Assembly: GCA_049643885.1 (NCBI GenBank)
Contig: JBARQV010000055.1
Location: 9,052 to 73,051 of the forward strand
Origin: Candidatus Omnitrophota bacterium
Lineage (GTDB): Bacteria > Omnitrophota > Gorgyraeia > Tantalellales > Tantalellaceae
DNA length: 64,000 nucleotides
Direction of reading: 5' to 3'
The position numbers and the translations under genes were made by a program. This document shows, piece after piece, positions 36,175 to 46,140 of this stretch; position 1 is the first letter of the stretch; each line of letters starts with the position of its first letter. The notes beneath the pieces were generated by a model that saw only the letters and a program-made list of their open reading frames with translations, was not told the DNA's origin and did no database searches.

Positions 36175-37683
36175 CTATTGTTTTTCGCTTTTCAATATCT
36201 TGCTGACCTCTTCCCCAATGACAAAATCCAAATTAGACTTAGCTTCAAGGTGATCATAAAGTGCTTTTTGATGCTGGGCCTGCATGAAAGATTCCATGAT
36301 CTGGGCTTCTATAACGTCTTTTGTCTCGACAAGCCCGTCCTGGTAGGCGCGCACGTTAAGCTCTCTGTTCTCTTCCGCGGCCTTTGCCGCTTCAAGAGAA
36401 AACCCATACTGCTCCTGGGCGCTCGACATGCGCAGAAAAAGATGTTTTACCTGCAGGGCCAGTCCTTCTTTTAAAAGTATCTGTTCCTGTTTTAACTTCC
36501 TCAAACGCGCGCGGGCTTCCCTGACCTTGCTTGCGGTAAGAAAACCATCAAAAATAGGGAACTCCACGGCAAAACCCACTGTCCAGGTCTCTTTGTTCCT
36601 TGCGGCAGCCATGCCATACTTGTAGGGGTTTGCCCAGTAATTCAAAGTCCCGGTAAAAGCGACTTTCGGGCCAAAACCCCCTTCTTCCTCCTTTATCTTG
36701 GCCTCGGCAGCTTCGAGCCCTGCTTCCAGTTTTGCCCAATCCGGATTGAACATGTAGGAATCACTGACTAATGCCGCAAGGTCCACATCATACGGCGCGT
36801 AAGGGATCTCCGTATCCGAAAGTTCGATCCCCGTATTCCATTCCAGTCCCATGGTATTCACAAGGGCCGACCTAGCGACCTCTTTGTTGCTTTTTAAGGA
36901 CGCGACCGCGGAACGCAGCGCTTCTACTATGGTCTTGTTCCTCAAGTAATCCGTTTTTTTAACCCGGCCGGACCCTCTTTTATACAGGTTTTCCGTAAGT
37001 TCCAAGGTGACTTCTAAACGTGAAAGCGCGTCCCGGGCGATCTTGTAAAGTTCCCTTGCCAGCACTGTTCCGTAATACATCCTTTTTACGTCGTATATCA
37101 CCTGTAGATCGGTCCGTCTCACTTCCTCTTTTGCGGCCTTGATCCCCGAACTGGCTTGTTTCAATAGCGCGCTCCGCACGCCTCCGGTATACAGGGGATA
37201 CATCAGATCGAATGAAACGACCGTGTTCCTCCTGTCGGCGAGCTTTATTGTCTTCTCCCCCACCCTGGCCAGGGTTATCGTATCTCCAAAACCGAGGCCC
37301 GGACCCGACAGGACCGTGTTCCTTGAAACAGTATTTTCGCTCGGAAATACGAAAACCGGGTCACGGTTGAGCTCCTGGTAAGTCGCTTTCAAGCCGACTT
37401 GCGGGAAAAAGCCCGACATGGCCTGCATATACTGGGCTTCGGCTATCTCAAGGGCGAGTATGGAAGCGGGGCGCCTGCGGTTGTTTTCAAGAGCGAGCTC
37501 TATGCAATCTTCGAGACCCAGCATTCTAGGGAATTGAACCTCCTCTCCTGTCGAGGACCTGACACATGCGGATGTGCAGATAAAGCATAATAGAAAAATG
37601 AAGAACCTCTTCAACATTCTCACCTCTTTTTCCCTTGGATATTTAGTCGCTGAAGGATATATCATAAGGTGTCGGTTTACCAA
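36175..37683 (-). CDS. TolC-like outer membrane efflux protein (OEP family)
   Basis: A signal peptide and two OEP repeats with coiled-coil/beta segments in a 502-aa protein. Confidence 0.75.
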   Translation of the reverse strand: MVNRHLMIYPSATKYPREKEVRMLKRFFIFLLCFICTSACVRSSTGEEVQFPRMLGLEDCIELALENNRRRPASILALEIAEAQYMQAMSGFFPQVGLKATYQELNRDPVFVFPSENTVSRNTVLSGPGLGFGDTITLARVGEKTIKLADRRNTVVSFDLMYPLYTGGVRSALLKQASSGIKAAKEEVRRTDLQVIYDVKRMYYGTVLARELYKIARDALSRLEVTLELTENLYKRGSGRVKKTDYLRNKTIVEALRSAVASLKSNKEVARSALVNTMGLEWNTGIELSDTEIPYAPYDVDLAALVSDSYMFNPDWAKLEAGLEAAEAKIKEEEGGFGPKVAFTGTLNYWANPYKYGMAAARNKETWTVGFAVEFPIFDGFLTASKVREARARLRKLKQEQILLKEGLALQVKHLFLRMSSAQEQYGFSLEAAKAAEENRELNVRAYQDGLVETKDVIEAQIMESFMQAQHQKALYDHLEAKSNLDFVIGEEVSKILKSEKQ

Positions 37684-39703
37684 GTTCCTTGGAAAGTTCG
37701 TTTATTTTCTTTTTAAGTTCGATCATCTGCAGCTCGCGCCCGACTGTGACTTCTTTATATTTCTGCAGTTCATCTATGGTCTTCCTCAGCGCTTCCTCTG
37801 TCTCTTTGAGTTCGGTGACATCTATATCCGCCCCCCTATACCCTTTAAGTTCCCCTTTTCTGTCCAGGACAGGGACTCCGTTTGTCAAAAGCCAGATTAT
37901 CTTACCGATCTTAGTCATATTCCTGTTTAAAAATTCCTGAAAAGGCTCTTTTCTTGCGAAAACTTCGAGCGCTTTCTTCTTTAATTTTTCCTTTTCTTCG
38001 GGCATAAACATATCGTAAAAATGCTTTTTTCCGATCACTTCCTCAGGTTTGTAGCCAAGTATCTCCTGGATCTTTGGGTTTGCGTACAGGTACAAACCCT
38101 CCTTGTCGACTTCCCATATCCACTCTTTCGTGCTTCCCACGACCTGCTGGAACCTCTCTTCGGACTCTTTCAGCGCTTTTTCCGCCAGTTTTTGTTCGGT
38201 TATATCCCTCACGCTTTCAACAACACCCGTTATATTTCCTTTGTCGTCTCTAAGGGGAAAAGCTGAAAGCAACATCCATCCGGCGGGTGTTTCCTCAGAG
38301 GGATAAGGAACAACGCTTGATTGCGTTTCCCCCGTTTCCATGGCTTTTTTGGAAGGACACCAGGGACAGGTCTCTCCTCTTTTTTGATAAATCTTATAAC
38401 ATTTTTTCCCGACAATAGGCATGCTATCAGCGTACATCTTTTCCATCCACTTGTTCGTATTTATGATGTTAAAATCCCTGTCAAGAACGCTTATGCCGTC
38501 CTGGATCCCATCGAAAATATCCTGGAGAAATTTCCGGTTTTTCTTAATCTCGGTTTCCATTTTCCTGCGTTCGGTTATATCCCGGATAAAAATAAGACTG
38601 GCTCTTTTTCTCCCGTACATGACAAGGCTCGCGCTTACTTCCACATTGATATTTTTGCCGTTTCTGTGGACAAAAACTGTCTCGAACACCTGTCCTCTTT
38701 CCTGGCCTGAGATATGTTTTTTGTATTCCTCGTTAAAACTCTCGAGCGTGTCAGGACTGACATATCCGGAAAAATCCTTTCCGAGGACTTCACTAAAGTC
38801 GTATCCCATCATCTCCAAAAACCGCGGGTTAGCGTAAACGCTGCGCTTGTCCTGGATGACGCATATACCGTCATTTGCTTTCTCGGCGAGCGTCCTGTAC
38901 CTCTCTTCGCTTTCCCTGAGCATATCTTCCGCCCATCTGCGCTTGGTCACATCCCTTATGATGACCTCCATGCCGATGAAGTCGCGATTCTTCATGATAG
39001 GCGATGCCGCGGCCTCTATAGGGAAGATATGTCCGTCGCTATGGACCGCGCTGAATTCAAGCTTTCTGAAAGTTACGCCTTTCGATAGCTCCAAAAATGC
39101 TTTTACAGCTTCTTCTTGTGATCCTTTTGTCAGGTAATCCCGGAAATTAGTCCCGAGGGATTTTGAAGCGGCAATATTGAACATTTTTTCCGCGGACGGA
39201 TTCACATATGTAAGATTGCCTACCTTGTCTGTCGTGATGATGCCGTCAGCCGAAGTCTCCGCCAGGACCCTGTATTTTTCCTCGCTTTTACGAAGCTCGG
39301 CCTGGGCGGCCTCTTTTTCATCTTCTGCTCTTTTTTTATCAAGCGCCGATCTGACTACCATGCCAAGGTGGACCAGGTGGTCCTTCAGGACATAATCAGA
39401 GGCTCCCGCTTTCATACAAGTTACCGCGACTTCTTCGCTTATCGAACCGGTAACGACCACAAATGGAGTTTTCGGGGCGTAATTTTTCACAAGTCTAAGC
39501 GCGCTCATCGCATCGAACTCGGGAAGCGTGTAATCGGCAAGAATGATGTCCGGCTTGAAACTCCCCAGTTCTCTCAGGAGCGCGCCCTTCGTTTCGACTC
39601 TCCTTGCTTCAAATTTAAGTTGTTCTTTTTTGAGCGCCCGCCGCATGAGTTCAGCGTCAGCGGCATTATCTTCAAGGATCAGTATCCGTAATTTCTCTTC
39701 CAT
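37643..39703 (-). CDS. Signal-transduction protein: N-terminal receiver domain plus four PAS domains, no enzymatic output
   Basis: ILILEDN...LADYTLP receiver domain, then repeated PAS-like blocks, and a C-terminal coiled coil. Confidence 0.8.
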   Translation of the reverse strand: MEEKLRILILEDNAADAELMRRALKKEQLKFEARRVETKGALLRELGSFKPDIILADYTLPEFDAMSALRLVKNYAPKTPFVVVTGSISEEVAVTCMKAGASDYVLKDHLVHLGMVVRSALDKKRAEDEKEAAQAELRKSEEKYRVLAETSADGIITTDKVGNLTYVNPSAEKMFNIAASKSLGTNFRDYLTKGSQEEAVKAFLELSKGVTFRKLEFSAVHSDGHIFPIEAAASPIMKNRDFIGMEVIIRDVTKRRWAEDMLRESEERYRTLAEKANDGICVIQDKRSVYANPRFLEMMGYDFSEVLGKDFSGYVSPDTLESFNEEYKKHISGQERGQVFETVFVHRNGKNINVEVSASLVMYGRKRASLIFIRDITERRKMETEIKKNRKFLQDIFDGIQDGISVLDRDFNIINTNKWMEKMYADSMPIVGKKCYKIYQKRGETCPWCPSKKAMETGETQSSVVPYPSEETPAGWMLLSAFPLRDDKGNITGVVESVRDITEQKLAEKALKESEERFQQVVGSTKEWIWEVDKEGLYLYANPKIQEILGYKPEEVIGKKHFYDMFMPEEKEKLKKKALEVFARKEPFQEFLNRNMTKIGKIIWLLTNGVPVLDRKGELKGYRGADIDVTELKETEEALRKTIDELQKYKEVTVGRELQMIELKKKINELSKELGKPTPYDISFSD

Positions 39704-39730
39704 TTATTCTCCCATTTATTTTAAATAGAT

Positions 39731-40150
39731 CTATCTTGCCGGCTCATTGATCTCCACCCAATAATGACATACTTCTGAAACTATATCTTCGAACTTTTCC
39801 GAATCAACAGGCTTGATTATATAACTGTTAGCGCCGTTCCTGTAGCTTTTTACAATATCCTTATCCTGTTTAGACGAGGTAAAAATGACTATTGGCGTCT
39901 TTTCTATGTTCTCGACCGATTTTATCTCTCTTAATAGCTCGTTACCGTTGATCTTGGGAAGTTTAAGGTCAAGAAGTATGAGCTTGATCCTGGTTTGGCC
40001 GCTCAAAAGGATGTCCCTTGCTTCCGGGCAATCTTTTACCACTTTGATCTTGTAATCAAGCCCCCGTTTTTTAAGCGATCTTTTGACAAGTTCCGCGTCC
40101 GTGGGGCTGTCCTCTATTAAGAGGATATCAAGTTCTTCTATATTGTTCAT
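39731..40150 (-). CDS. Response regulator, stand-alone receiver domain
   Basis: ILLIEDS...LLDLKLPKINGNELL...NSYIIKP. Confidence 0.85.
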   Translation of the reverse strand: MNNIEELDILLIEDSPTDAELVKRSLKKRGLDYKIKVVKDCPEARDILLSGQTRIKLILLDLKLPKINGNELLREIKSVENIEKTPIVIFTSSKQDKDIVKSYRNGANSYIIKPVDSEKFEDIVSEVCHYWVEINEPAR

Positions 40151-40162
40151 TTTTTTATTTCC

Positions 40163-41851
40163 TTATTCTTTCGGTAATGTGAAATAGAATGTCGCGCCTT
40201 CGCCGGACTTCCCTTCCGCCCAAATATCCCCTCCGTGGCGGCGGATTATCCTCTGGACTATGGCAAGCCCCACGCCGGTTCCCTCGAATTCGTCTTTCCC
40301 GTGCAGCCGCTGAAAAACAGCGAAGAGCTTGTCCTTGTATTCCATGTTAAACCCCACACCGTTATCTTTGATGTAATAGATGTTCCTGTCTTCCTCAGGC
40401 GTTGCCCCTATTTCTATCACTGCTTTCTCTTTCGGGCGGGTGAATTTGACCGAATTAGACATGAGGTTCGCGAGGGCCTGCTGTATCATCTTCCTGTCCC
40501 CTTTAGTAGCGGGAACTTCTTTTATGTCGAACTCTATATCTCTTTCCGGGGCGCTCGCCTTCTGTCTTTCGCTCTCCTCTTTCGCAAGAGAACTTATATC
40601 CACTTCCGATACCCTCATATCCTGCCTGCCTACCCGGGAGAATGCAAGGAGATCATCGATGAGCTGGCTCATGTTCCGCGTGTTCTCTTGTATAACATCC
40701 GTAACTTTCTTTCCTTCCTCGTCAAGTTTTTCGGAATAATCCTCCTTGAGGATATTGGAAAAGCCGTCTATCGCCCTCAAGGGAGCCCTGAGGTCGTGTG
40801 AAACGGAGTAGGAAAACGATTCAAGCTCTTCGGTGCGTTCCTTTACAAGTTCTTCAAGATGTTCCCGATATCTTATAAGTTCTTCTTCCGCCCTCTTACG
40901 TTCGGTTATGTCCCGTCCATAAATATTAACATACCCTGCTTCCAAGACAGGTGCTACGGAGAATAAAATGATCCTTCCCCTGATCTCTGTTTCTTTTTGT
41001 GAAATTATTCCTGTTTCTACCGATTCTTTTACAACATCATCCCAACAATGCCTGGGGATCTCTTCTCCGATCGTGCATCCAAATTCTTCTAATACAGGCT
41101 TGCTTGCGTCATTTGCGTAAAGAAGTATCTTTTTGGTTGATATCCGCAAAACAGGATTTGGATTTTCCTCTGGGAACTTCGCAAGGCTTTGTATCTTTTC
41201 TGTGGCCTGCATTTTTTCGGTAATATCTTCATAGATAGCGACTATTTCTCCCGTGGGCAGTTTGTAGACATAATTATCTCTCCATCCAACTATCCTTTGG
41301 TCTTTGTATATTTTTGCGGGAAAGTGTTCCGGCTCTCCTGTTCGCCACACCCTCTGGAACACCTCAAAAAGGCCGAATTCCTTTACCCCCGGGAATACTT
41401 CCGTAACGGGCCTGCCTATGATGTCCTCTTTTCTTGCTTTTTCCATCTTCTCGCCGGACCGGTTGAAATCCTGAAAAATAAAATCTCTCCCTTCATCGAC
41501 TGACTTGTATATCGCTACGGCACTCTTCATATTATTAAAAAGTTCTTTAAACCTTGTTTCACTGTCTCTCAATTCTTTTTCGGCTATTCCCTTCAGGAGC
41601 GCGTAAAAAACGAAGGCCCACCACATAGGAATCAACGCCCCAATAAGGTCTTCCAGAATATCGAGCGCCTTGGTTATCCCGGCCCATTCCAGAAAAAGAC
41701 ACAAGCTGTAAACAAGAGTAAAAAGGAGAGTTCCCGCCAACAACAGTTTCGTTTCCGTCTGCAAAGCACGTTTCCACCCTTTTAAAAGTATGCCCAGTGT
41801 AAACACTGAAGCCAGAAAAGTGATAAGGTCAATAATAGCGATAGGGTGCAT
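40163..41851 (-). CDS. Membrane sensor histidine kinase (3TM-PAS-PAS-HisKA-HATPase)
   Basis: The H-box SHDLRAPL, the N-box NLMSNSVKF and the G-box GTGVGLAIV. The start is placed at MHPIAIIDL, coupled (ATGA) to the upstream small ORF. Confidence 0.85.
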   Translation of the reverse strand: MHPIAIIDLITFLASVFTLGILLKGWKRALQTETKLLLAGTLLFTLVYSLCLFLEWAGITKALDILEDLIGALIPMWWAFVFYALLKGIAEKELRDSETRFKELFNNMKSAVAIYKSVDEGRDFIFQDFNRSGEKMEKARKEDIIGRPVTEVFPGVKEFGLFEVFQRVWRTGEPEHFPAKIYKDQRIVGWRDNYVYKLPTGEIVAIYEDITEKMQATEKIQSLAKFPEENPNPVLRISTKKILLYANDASKPVLEEFGCTIGEEIPRHCWDDVVKESVETGIISQKETEIRGRIILFSVAPVLEAGYVNIYGRDITERKRAEEELIRYREHLEELVKERTEELESFSYSVSHDLRAPLRAIDGFSNILKEDYSEKLDEEGKKVTDVIQENTRNMSQLIDDLLAFSRVGRQDMRVSEVDISSLAKEESERQKASAPERDIEFDIKEVPATKGDRKMIQQALANLMSNSVKFTRPKEKAVIEIGATPEEDRNIYYIKDNGVGFNMEYKDKLFAVFQRLHGKDEFEGTGVGLAIVQRIIRRHGGDIWAEGKSGEGATFYFTLPKE

Positions 41852-42126
41852 TATGCGGTATCCCTTCCCCTTCCGAATACTTTCCAACACCAGACAACTA
41901 TCAATATCGAGCTGACCGCGTAAGAAATGTGTTCAAGGTAGTTCAAAACCTTCTCCAGGAAGAAACCTTCGAGGATGGTCAGCATCCAGCCTGCCAGAAG
42001 AACAGCATATCCTATAAAAAGTATGTTCGAGGCCGGGATCGATCTTACCCGCTGGCGGTTACTTATAATGAAGATCATGACGCCGGCGCCAAGCAAAAAC
42101 ATGAGGACTTCGTTTTCATGTACCAT
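41851..42126 (-). CDS. Small 3-TM membrane protein (hypothetical), translationally coupled to the sensor kinase
   Basis: A 91-aa hydrophobic protein. Its stop overlaps the kinase ATG. Confidence 0.4.
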   Translation of the reverse strand: MVHENEVLMFLLGAGVMIFIISNRQRVRSIPASNILFIGYAVLLAGWMLTILEGFFLEKVLNYLEHISYAVSSILIVVWCWKVFGRGRDTA

Positions 42127-42412
42127 CTATCCTGTCGCTCCTTTTTTACCTCTAAATCTAAATCTGTACCGAATCACGTCCGTTATTATCCCCAACGCCA
42201 TTTAGGGTGTTTTTATATCGGACGGAATAAATAAAAAAGCCCGGGTAAAAAATACCCAGGCTTAAAAAATCAGGATTTTTCAAGTATAACAAAGAAAACA
42301 AACCATAGATCCATTTTTCCCCCCTGAAAAATGGAATGTATTGTATATGCGCTAAACAAGTATATTGTATTACACATGTTTACCATGTCAACATAATAAG
42401 CGAAAAGTCAGT

Positions 42413-42441
42413 TTGCCAAATCCTGCTGGTTAAGTTATAAT
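42413..42441 (+). promoter_or_regulatory. Sigma-70-like promoter (TTGCCA-N17-TATAAT) for the GT2 gene
   Basis: Near-consensus -35 and -10 elements with a 17-nt spacer. An AGGTGA ribosome-binding site lies 4 nt before the ATG at 42463. Confidence 0.5.
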
Positions 42442-42462
42442 ACAGCAAATCCCAGGTGAAAT

Positions 42463-43158
42463 ATGGCAAAATTACAAAACTTATCAGTATTTTTCCCCGC
42501 TTATAACGAGGAAGATAATATAGTCCGGACGGTCAATAAGGCGCTCGATATCTTCCCCTCCTATGCCGAAAACTTTGAGGTCATAATCGTCAATGACGGT
42601 TCCGGCGACCGCACCAAAGAACTGGCCGAAGAGATGGCCGAAAAACATGCAAATGTCAGAGTCGTCTCTCACGAAAAGAACAGGGGTTACGGCGGAGCTT
42701 TGAAAAGCGGCTTTACCAGCGCTAAATACGAGAATGTTTTCTATTCTGACGGTGACGGTCAGTTCGACCTTAAAGAAATAGAACAGCTTTTGCCTTTGGT
42801 CCCGGAATGCGATATTACCGCCGGTTACAGGATAAAAAGGAACGACCCCATCCACAGGATCATAAACGGCAAGGCATACAATCTGCTGGTGCGGATCCTC
42901 TTCGGATTAAATGTGCGGGATATAGACTGCGCTTTTAAGATCATAAAAAAGAAAGTCATTGAAAACGTCGATCTTAAAAGTGAAAGCCAGTTCATAAGCG
43001 CGGAACTTTTGATCAAAGCGAAGAAAAAGGGGTACTCGATAAAACAGGTCGGCGTCCACCATTACCCAAGAGAGAAAGGCAAACCTACCGGAAACAGCAT
43101 CCGCGCGATCATAGGCTCTTTCAGTGAACTGTTCAGTCTTTGGCGGGAACTACTGTAA
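42463..43158 (+). CDS. GT2-family polyprenyl-phosphate glycosyltransferase (DPM1/ArnC/GtrB-like)
   Basis: LSVFFPAYNEE...VIIVNDGSGDRT...SDGDGQ (the DxD-type GT-A motifs). Confidence 0.85.
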   Translation: MAKLQNLSVFFPAYNEEDNIVRTVNKALDIFPSYAENFEVIIVNDGSGDRTKELAEEMAEKHANVRVVSHEKNRGYGGALKSGFTSAKYENVFYSDGDGQFDLKEIEQLLPLVPECDITAGYRIKRNDPIHRIINGKAYNLLVRILFGLNVRDIDCAFKIIKKKVIENVDLKSESQFISAELLIKAKKKGYSIKQVGVHHYPREKGKPTGNSIRAIIGSFSELFSLWRELL

Positions 43159-43197
43159 ATCAAAAATTAGTAGATAGAAATTAGATAGTAGTGAAGC

Positions 43198-44559
43198 TCA
43201 CTCCATTTTGATGAGTTCGAAATCAGATTTATCAAAAAGAATGGAATATTTTACCTTAGCGAAGGCATTTATGCTTCTTTTGTCGGTGAAGATATACCGG
43301 CCTTTTTGTGTGATCACAGTTTCAAAAGCCTCTTCCCCTACGATATTCTCGCCCACATCCCCAAGATAAAACTGAAGACCCGGATCGCTTATGTCATAAA
43401 GATACAGTTTTTCGCCCTTTGGAACAGTCTCCTTGACCTTCACGGCTATTTGCTTTATGCCGGGAGAATAATCGAGATCCATGATATTCTTATCAATAGA
43501 AAGATACGAAAGTGAGGCGAAAGCCAGCATAGAAACGATCGCTATTGTACGCTTTTTAAGAAGCCTGCTCGCTCCCCAACCGGTCATTATCGAAAGCGCC
43601 GGGTATATCGGCATCATGTACCAGTGAAGCTTGGTCCGGACCAGGCTGAAAAGTACCAGCACCGTGCCCGCCCATATAACCGGTATAAGATGTTCTTTTT
43701 CCCCGTTCCGAAATATCCTCCATATCAAATACGGCGCCAGGACAAGACCTACCCCCGCCCAGGGCCGGCCTTTATTCGGTACCACCCCGATGTATGTCAA
43801 TAGATCCCCGGTATGGCCTTCGACCGCCTGTGTCGTCCGGATAAAAAGATGCTTGATAATATAGTCTTTAACAAAATCATCGCCGTAATGAGAAAAAGCA
43901 AGCCAGTGCCACCAGCCCAGGACAAGCAAAGTGACCGCAAGGCCGGCAACAAGCGCCGGCTCTTTCAACATTTTATATTTTCCGGTAAAAACCAGATACA
44001 GACCAAGTATGATCGGGATAAGGAACGACCCCAACCCCTTCACAAGAAACGCGCAGGTAAAAGCTAAGCATGAGAAAAAAAGATAGATCTTCTTTTCTTC
44101 GCCGAGTTTGAACATAAAAAGTGAAAGAATTATAAAAAAAGTAAGGGGCATGTCAAGCATACCCACTCTTGCCGACCAGATAAAATGCCAGGTGGAAAGT
44201 AGGACCAGAGCCGAAGTAAAAGCGGCGTTCCTGGAATATAACCTGTTCGCGAAAAGGTACGTCAAAAGAACCGCGCCTATCCCGCAAAGAGCCGAAAAAA
44301 GCCTTACTGAAAATTCACTTACCCCGAAAAGCATATAGAAAAGCGCGGTGACCCACATGTAAAGAGGCGGCTTATCGCTCCACGGTTTGTCCGCCCAAGA
44401 AAGATCGATCCAATTCCCGGTCTTCAGGATCTCGCGTGAAACTCCCCCGTACAGGCCTTCGTCCCAGGAAAGAAGGCTTCCCGTGCCGAGATTCCAGAGA
44501 AGCAATATCGCGGCAATAACGAAGAGTATCAGTAAGTCGATTCGTGTTCTATTACCCAT
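43198..44559 (-). CDS. GT-C glycosyltransferase, ArnT/PMT family (GT39/GT83)
   Basis: The first-loop motif SWDEGLYGG and a polytopic 453-aa membrane protein. Confidence 0.75.
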   Translation of the reverse strand: MGNRTRIDLLILFVIAAILLLWNLGTGSLLSWDEGLYGGVSREILKTGNWIDLSWADKPWSDKPPLYMWVTALFYMLFGVSEFSVRLFSALCGIGAVLLTYLFANRLYSRNAAFTSALVLLSTWHFIWSARVGMLDMPLTFFIILSLFMFKLGEEKKIYLFFSCLAFTCAFLVKGLGSFLIPIILGLYLVFTGKYKMLKEPALVAGLAVTLLVLGWWHWLAFSHYGDDFVKDYIIKHLFIRTTQAVEGHTGDLLTYIGVVPNKGRPWAGVGLVLAPYLIWRIFRNGEKEHLIPVIWAGTVLVLFSLVRTKLHWYMMPIYPALSIMTGWGASRLLKKRTIAIVSMLAFASLSYLSIDKNIMDLDYSPGIKQIAVKVKETVPKGEKLYLYDISDPGLQFYLGDVGENIVGEEAFETVITQKGRYIFTDKRSINAFAKVKYSILFDKSDFELIKME

Positions 44560-44574
44560 TATCCACTATCCAAT

Positions 44575-44656
44575 GGGCGGGTCCTGTCGCTCAGTGTCCT
44601 GCGCGCCTCCGCGCCAATGGCTTGTGCGGTGCTCGGACACTGTCGCACCACCCGCC
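44575..44656 (+). repeat. GC-rich 83-nt structured repeat, copy C
   Basis: It differs from copy A (25362-25444) by 3 mismatches. Confidence 0.7.
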
Positions 44657-44689
44657 CTGGCTAATCCAAATTCCAACATCCATTATCTA

Positions 44690-45235
44690 TTATCTATTAT
44701 CTATCTCTTCCATGTATTTCGTCGGAACTTCCTTTACAAGAAAAAGGTTCCCTTCTTTATAAAACTCTATCCCATCGGCAAAAGCTTGTCCAGCCATAAT
44801 TTTCAAAATGACCGGTTCGGAGTCGTGCCGCAACCCCACCGCGTAGGCATCCTTTTCATTCATGCTCAAATGGACGAACTGGCGGTCCATCGATCTCAGC
44901 CCGCCGGCAAGTATATTGTCCATACTGTCCCCGGATGTCCCGTGGTATAAAAATTCCGGCGGCTCAACGTTCCCCGACACCGGCCGGACCTCTACTGAAT
45001 GGCCGTAAGTGGCCCGTATTTTCTTCCGCGATATCCCAAAGCGGCCTTTGGGATCCTTTTCAACAAGGGTGAAAAGCTCCTCTTCCTGGAACTTCTTGAA
45101 TCTTCCCTTAAGAACGGCAAGGACTTTCTCAAGATCGGCAAAACCATTCCCGTCAAGTTCGAGACCATACTTGCCGGGATCATGCCGCAGGATATAGGAC
45201 AAAAACTTGCTCAGTCTTATACTGTATTCAGTCAT
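44690..45235 (-). CDS. kptA: RNA 2'-phosphotransferase (Tpt1/KptA family)
   Basis: LSKFLSYILRHDPGKYGLELDGNGFADLEKV and HGTS motifs. The start is placed at MTEYSIRLSK. A heptamer repeat overlaps the stop. Confidence 0.8.
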   Translation of the reverse strand: MTEYSIRLSKFLSYILRHDPGKYGLELDGNGFADLEKVLAVLKGRFKKFQEEELFTLVEKDPKGRFGISRKKIRATYGHSVEVRPVSGNVEPPEFLYHGTSGDSMDNILAGGLRSMDRQFVHLSMNEKDAYAVGLRHDSEPVILKIMAGQAFADGIEFYKEGNLFLVKEVPTKYMEEIDNR

Positions 45236-45236
45236 A

Positions 45237-46139
45237 TTACGAAAAACCTCGATGCAAGCCTGTTTCCGCGGCGTAGTCAAGAGCTTCCTTGAATTCTTCC
45301 AAAGTGATTCCCCGCGAAAGCTCTTCGTGTTTATACGCCTGAAAACAGGGGTGGTATTGTTCCATGATGTTCACGTATGAATCTTTCGAAATTTTTTCAG
45401 CTATAAAATCCAAAACGACGATCGACCCGGCCAGCCTGTTAGGAAGAACAAGATGGCGGATCAAAAGCCCCCTTTCGGCTACCCCTTCATCGTTTATTGC
45501 CAGATCTCCTACCTGACCGTGCATTTCAAGAAGCGTTTCTTTGCATACCTTCCAGTAGTTCTGCGCTCTCGAATATTTTTGTGAGTGCCCTTCGTCAGAA
45601 TATTTCGCGTCCGGCATATATATATCAAAAATACCCTCCATCTCCTTCAAGGTGGAGGCCTTGTCATATCCTCCCGAATTGTAGACCAGGGGCAGTTTTA
45701 GTCCTTCTTCTATCGCTATAATAAGAGCTTCCAGTATCTGCGCGGTGACATGTGACGGGGTCACGAAGTTTATGTTATGGGCGCCTCGCCTTTGCAGGGA
45801 AAGCATCACTTCAGCAAGTTCTCTAGGTTTCATCTCTACGCCTTCCCCGAGATGCGATATCGTGTAGTTCTGGCAGTATATGCACCCCAGATTACACCAT
45901 GTGAAAAAGATGGTCCCGGAACCGCCTTTCCCGACTAGCGGAGGTTCTTCCCCGAAATGAAGGCTATAACTGGAGATCATGGCATAGCGCCCGGCCCTGC
46001 AAAACCCCAGTTCCCCTTCAAGCCTGTTAACCTTACAATCCCGGGGACAAAGATCGCATTTCGCGAGCCTTTCAACAAAGCTGTTCTTTATCTCTTCAAG
46101 CTTTCCGCTTTCGTACAGTTTCAGATATGACGGTCTCAT
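45237..46139 (-). CDS. Radical SAM enzyme (PFL-activase-like; AmmeMemoRadiSam-type rSAM family)
   Basis: The CNLGCIYCQN CxxxCxxC motif plus an upstream CDLCPRDC auxiliary cysteine cluster. Confidence 0.8.
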   Translation of the reverse strand: MRPSYLKLYESGKLEEIKNSFVERLAKCDLCPRDCKVNRLEGELGFCRAGRYAMISSYSLHFGEEPPLVGKGGSGTIFFTWCNLGCIYCQNYTISHLGEGVEMKPRELAEVMLSLQRRGAHNINFVTPSHVTAQILEALIIAIEEGLKLPLVYNSGGYDKASTLKEMEGIFDIYMPDAKYSDEGHSQKYSRAQNYWKVCKETLLEMHGQVGDLAINDEGVAERGLLIRHLVLPNRLAGSIVVLDFIAEKISKDSYVNIMEQYHPCFQAYKHEELSRGITLEEFKEALDYAAETGLHRGFS

Positions 46140-46140
46140 C

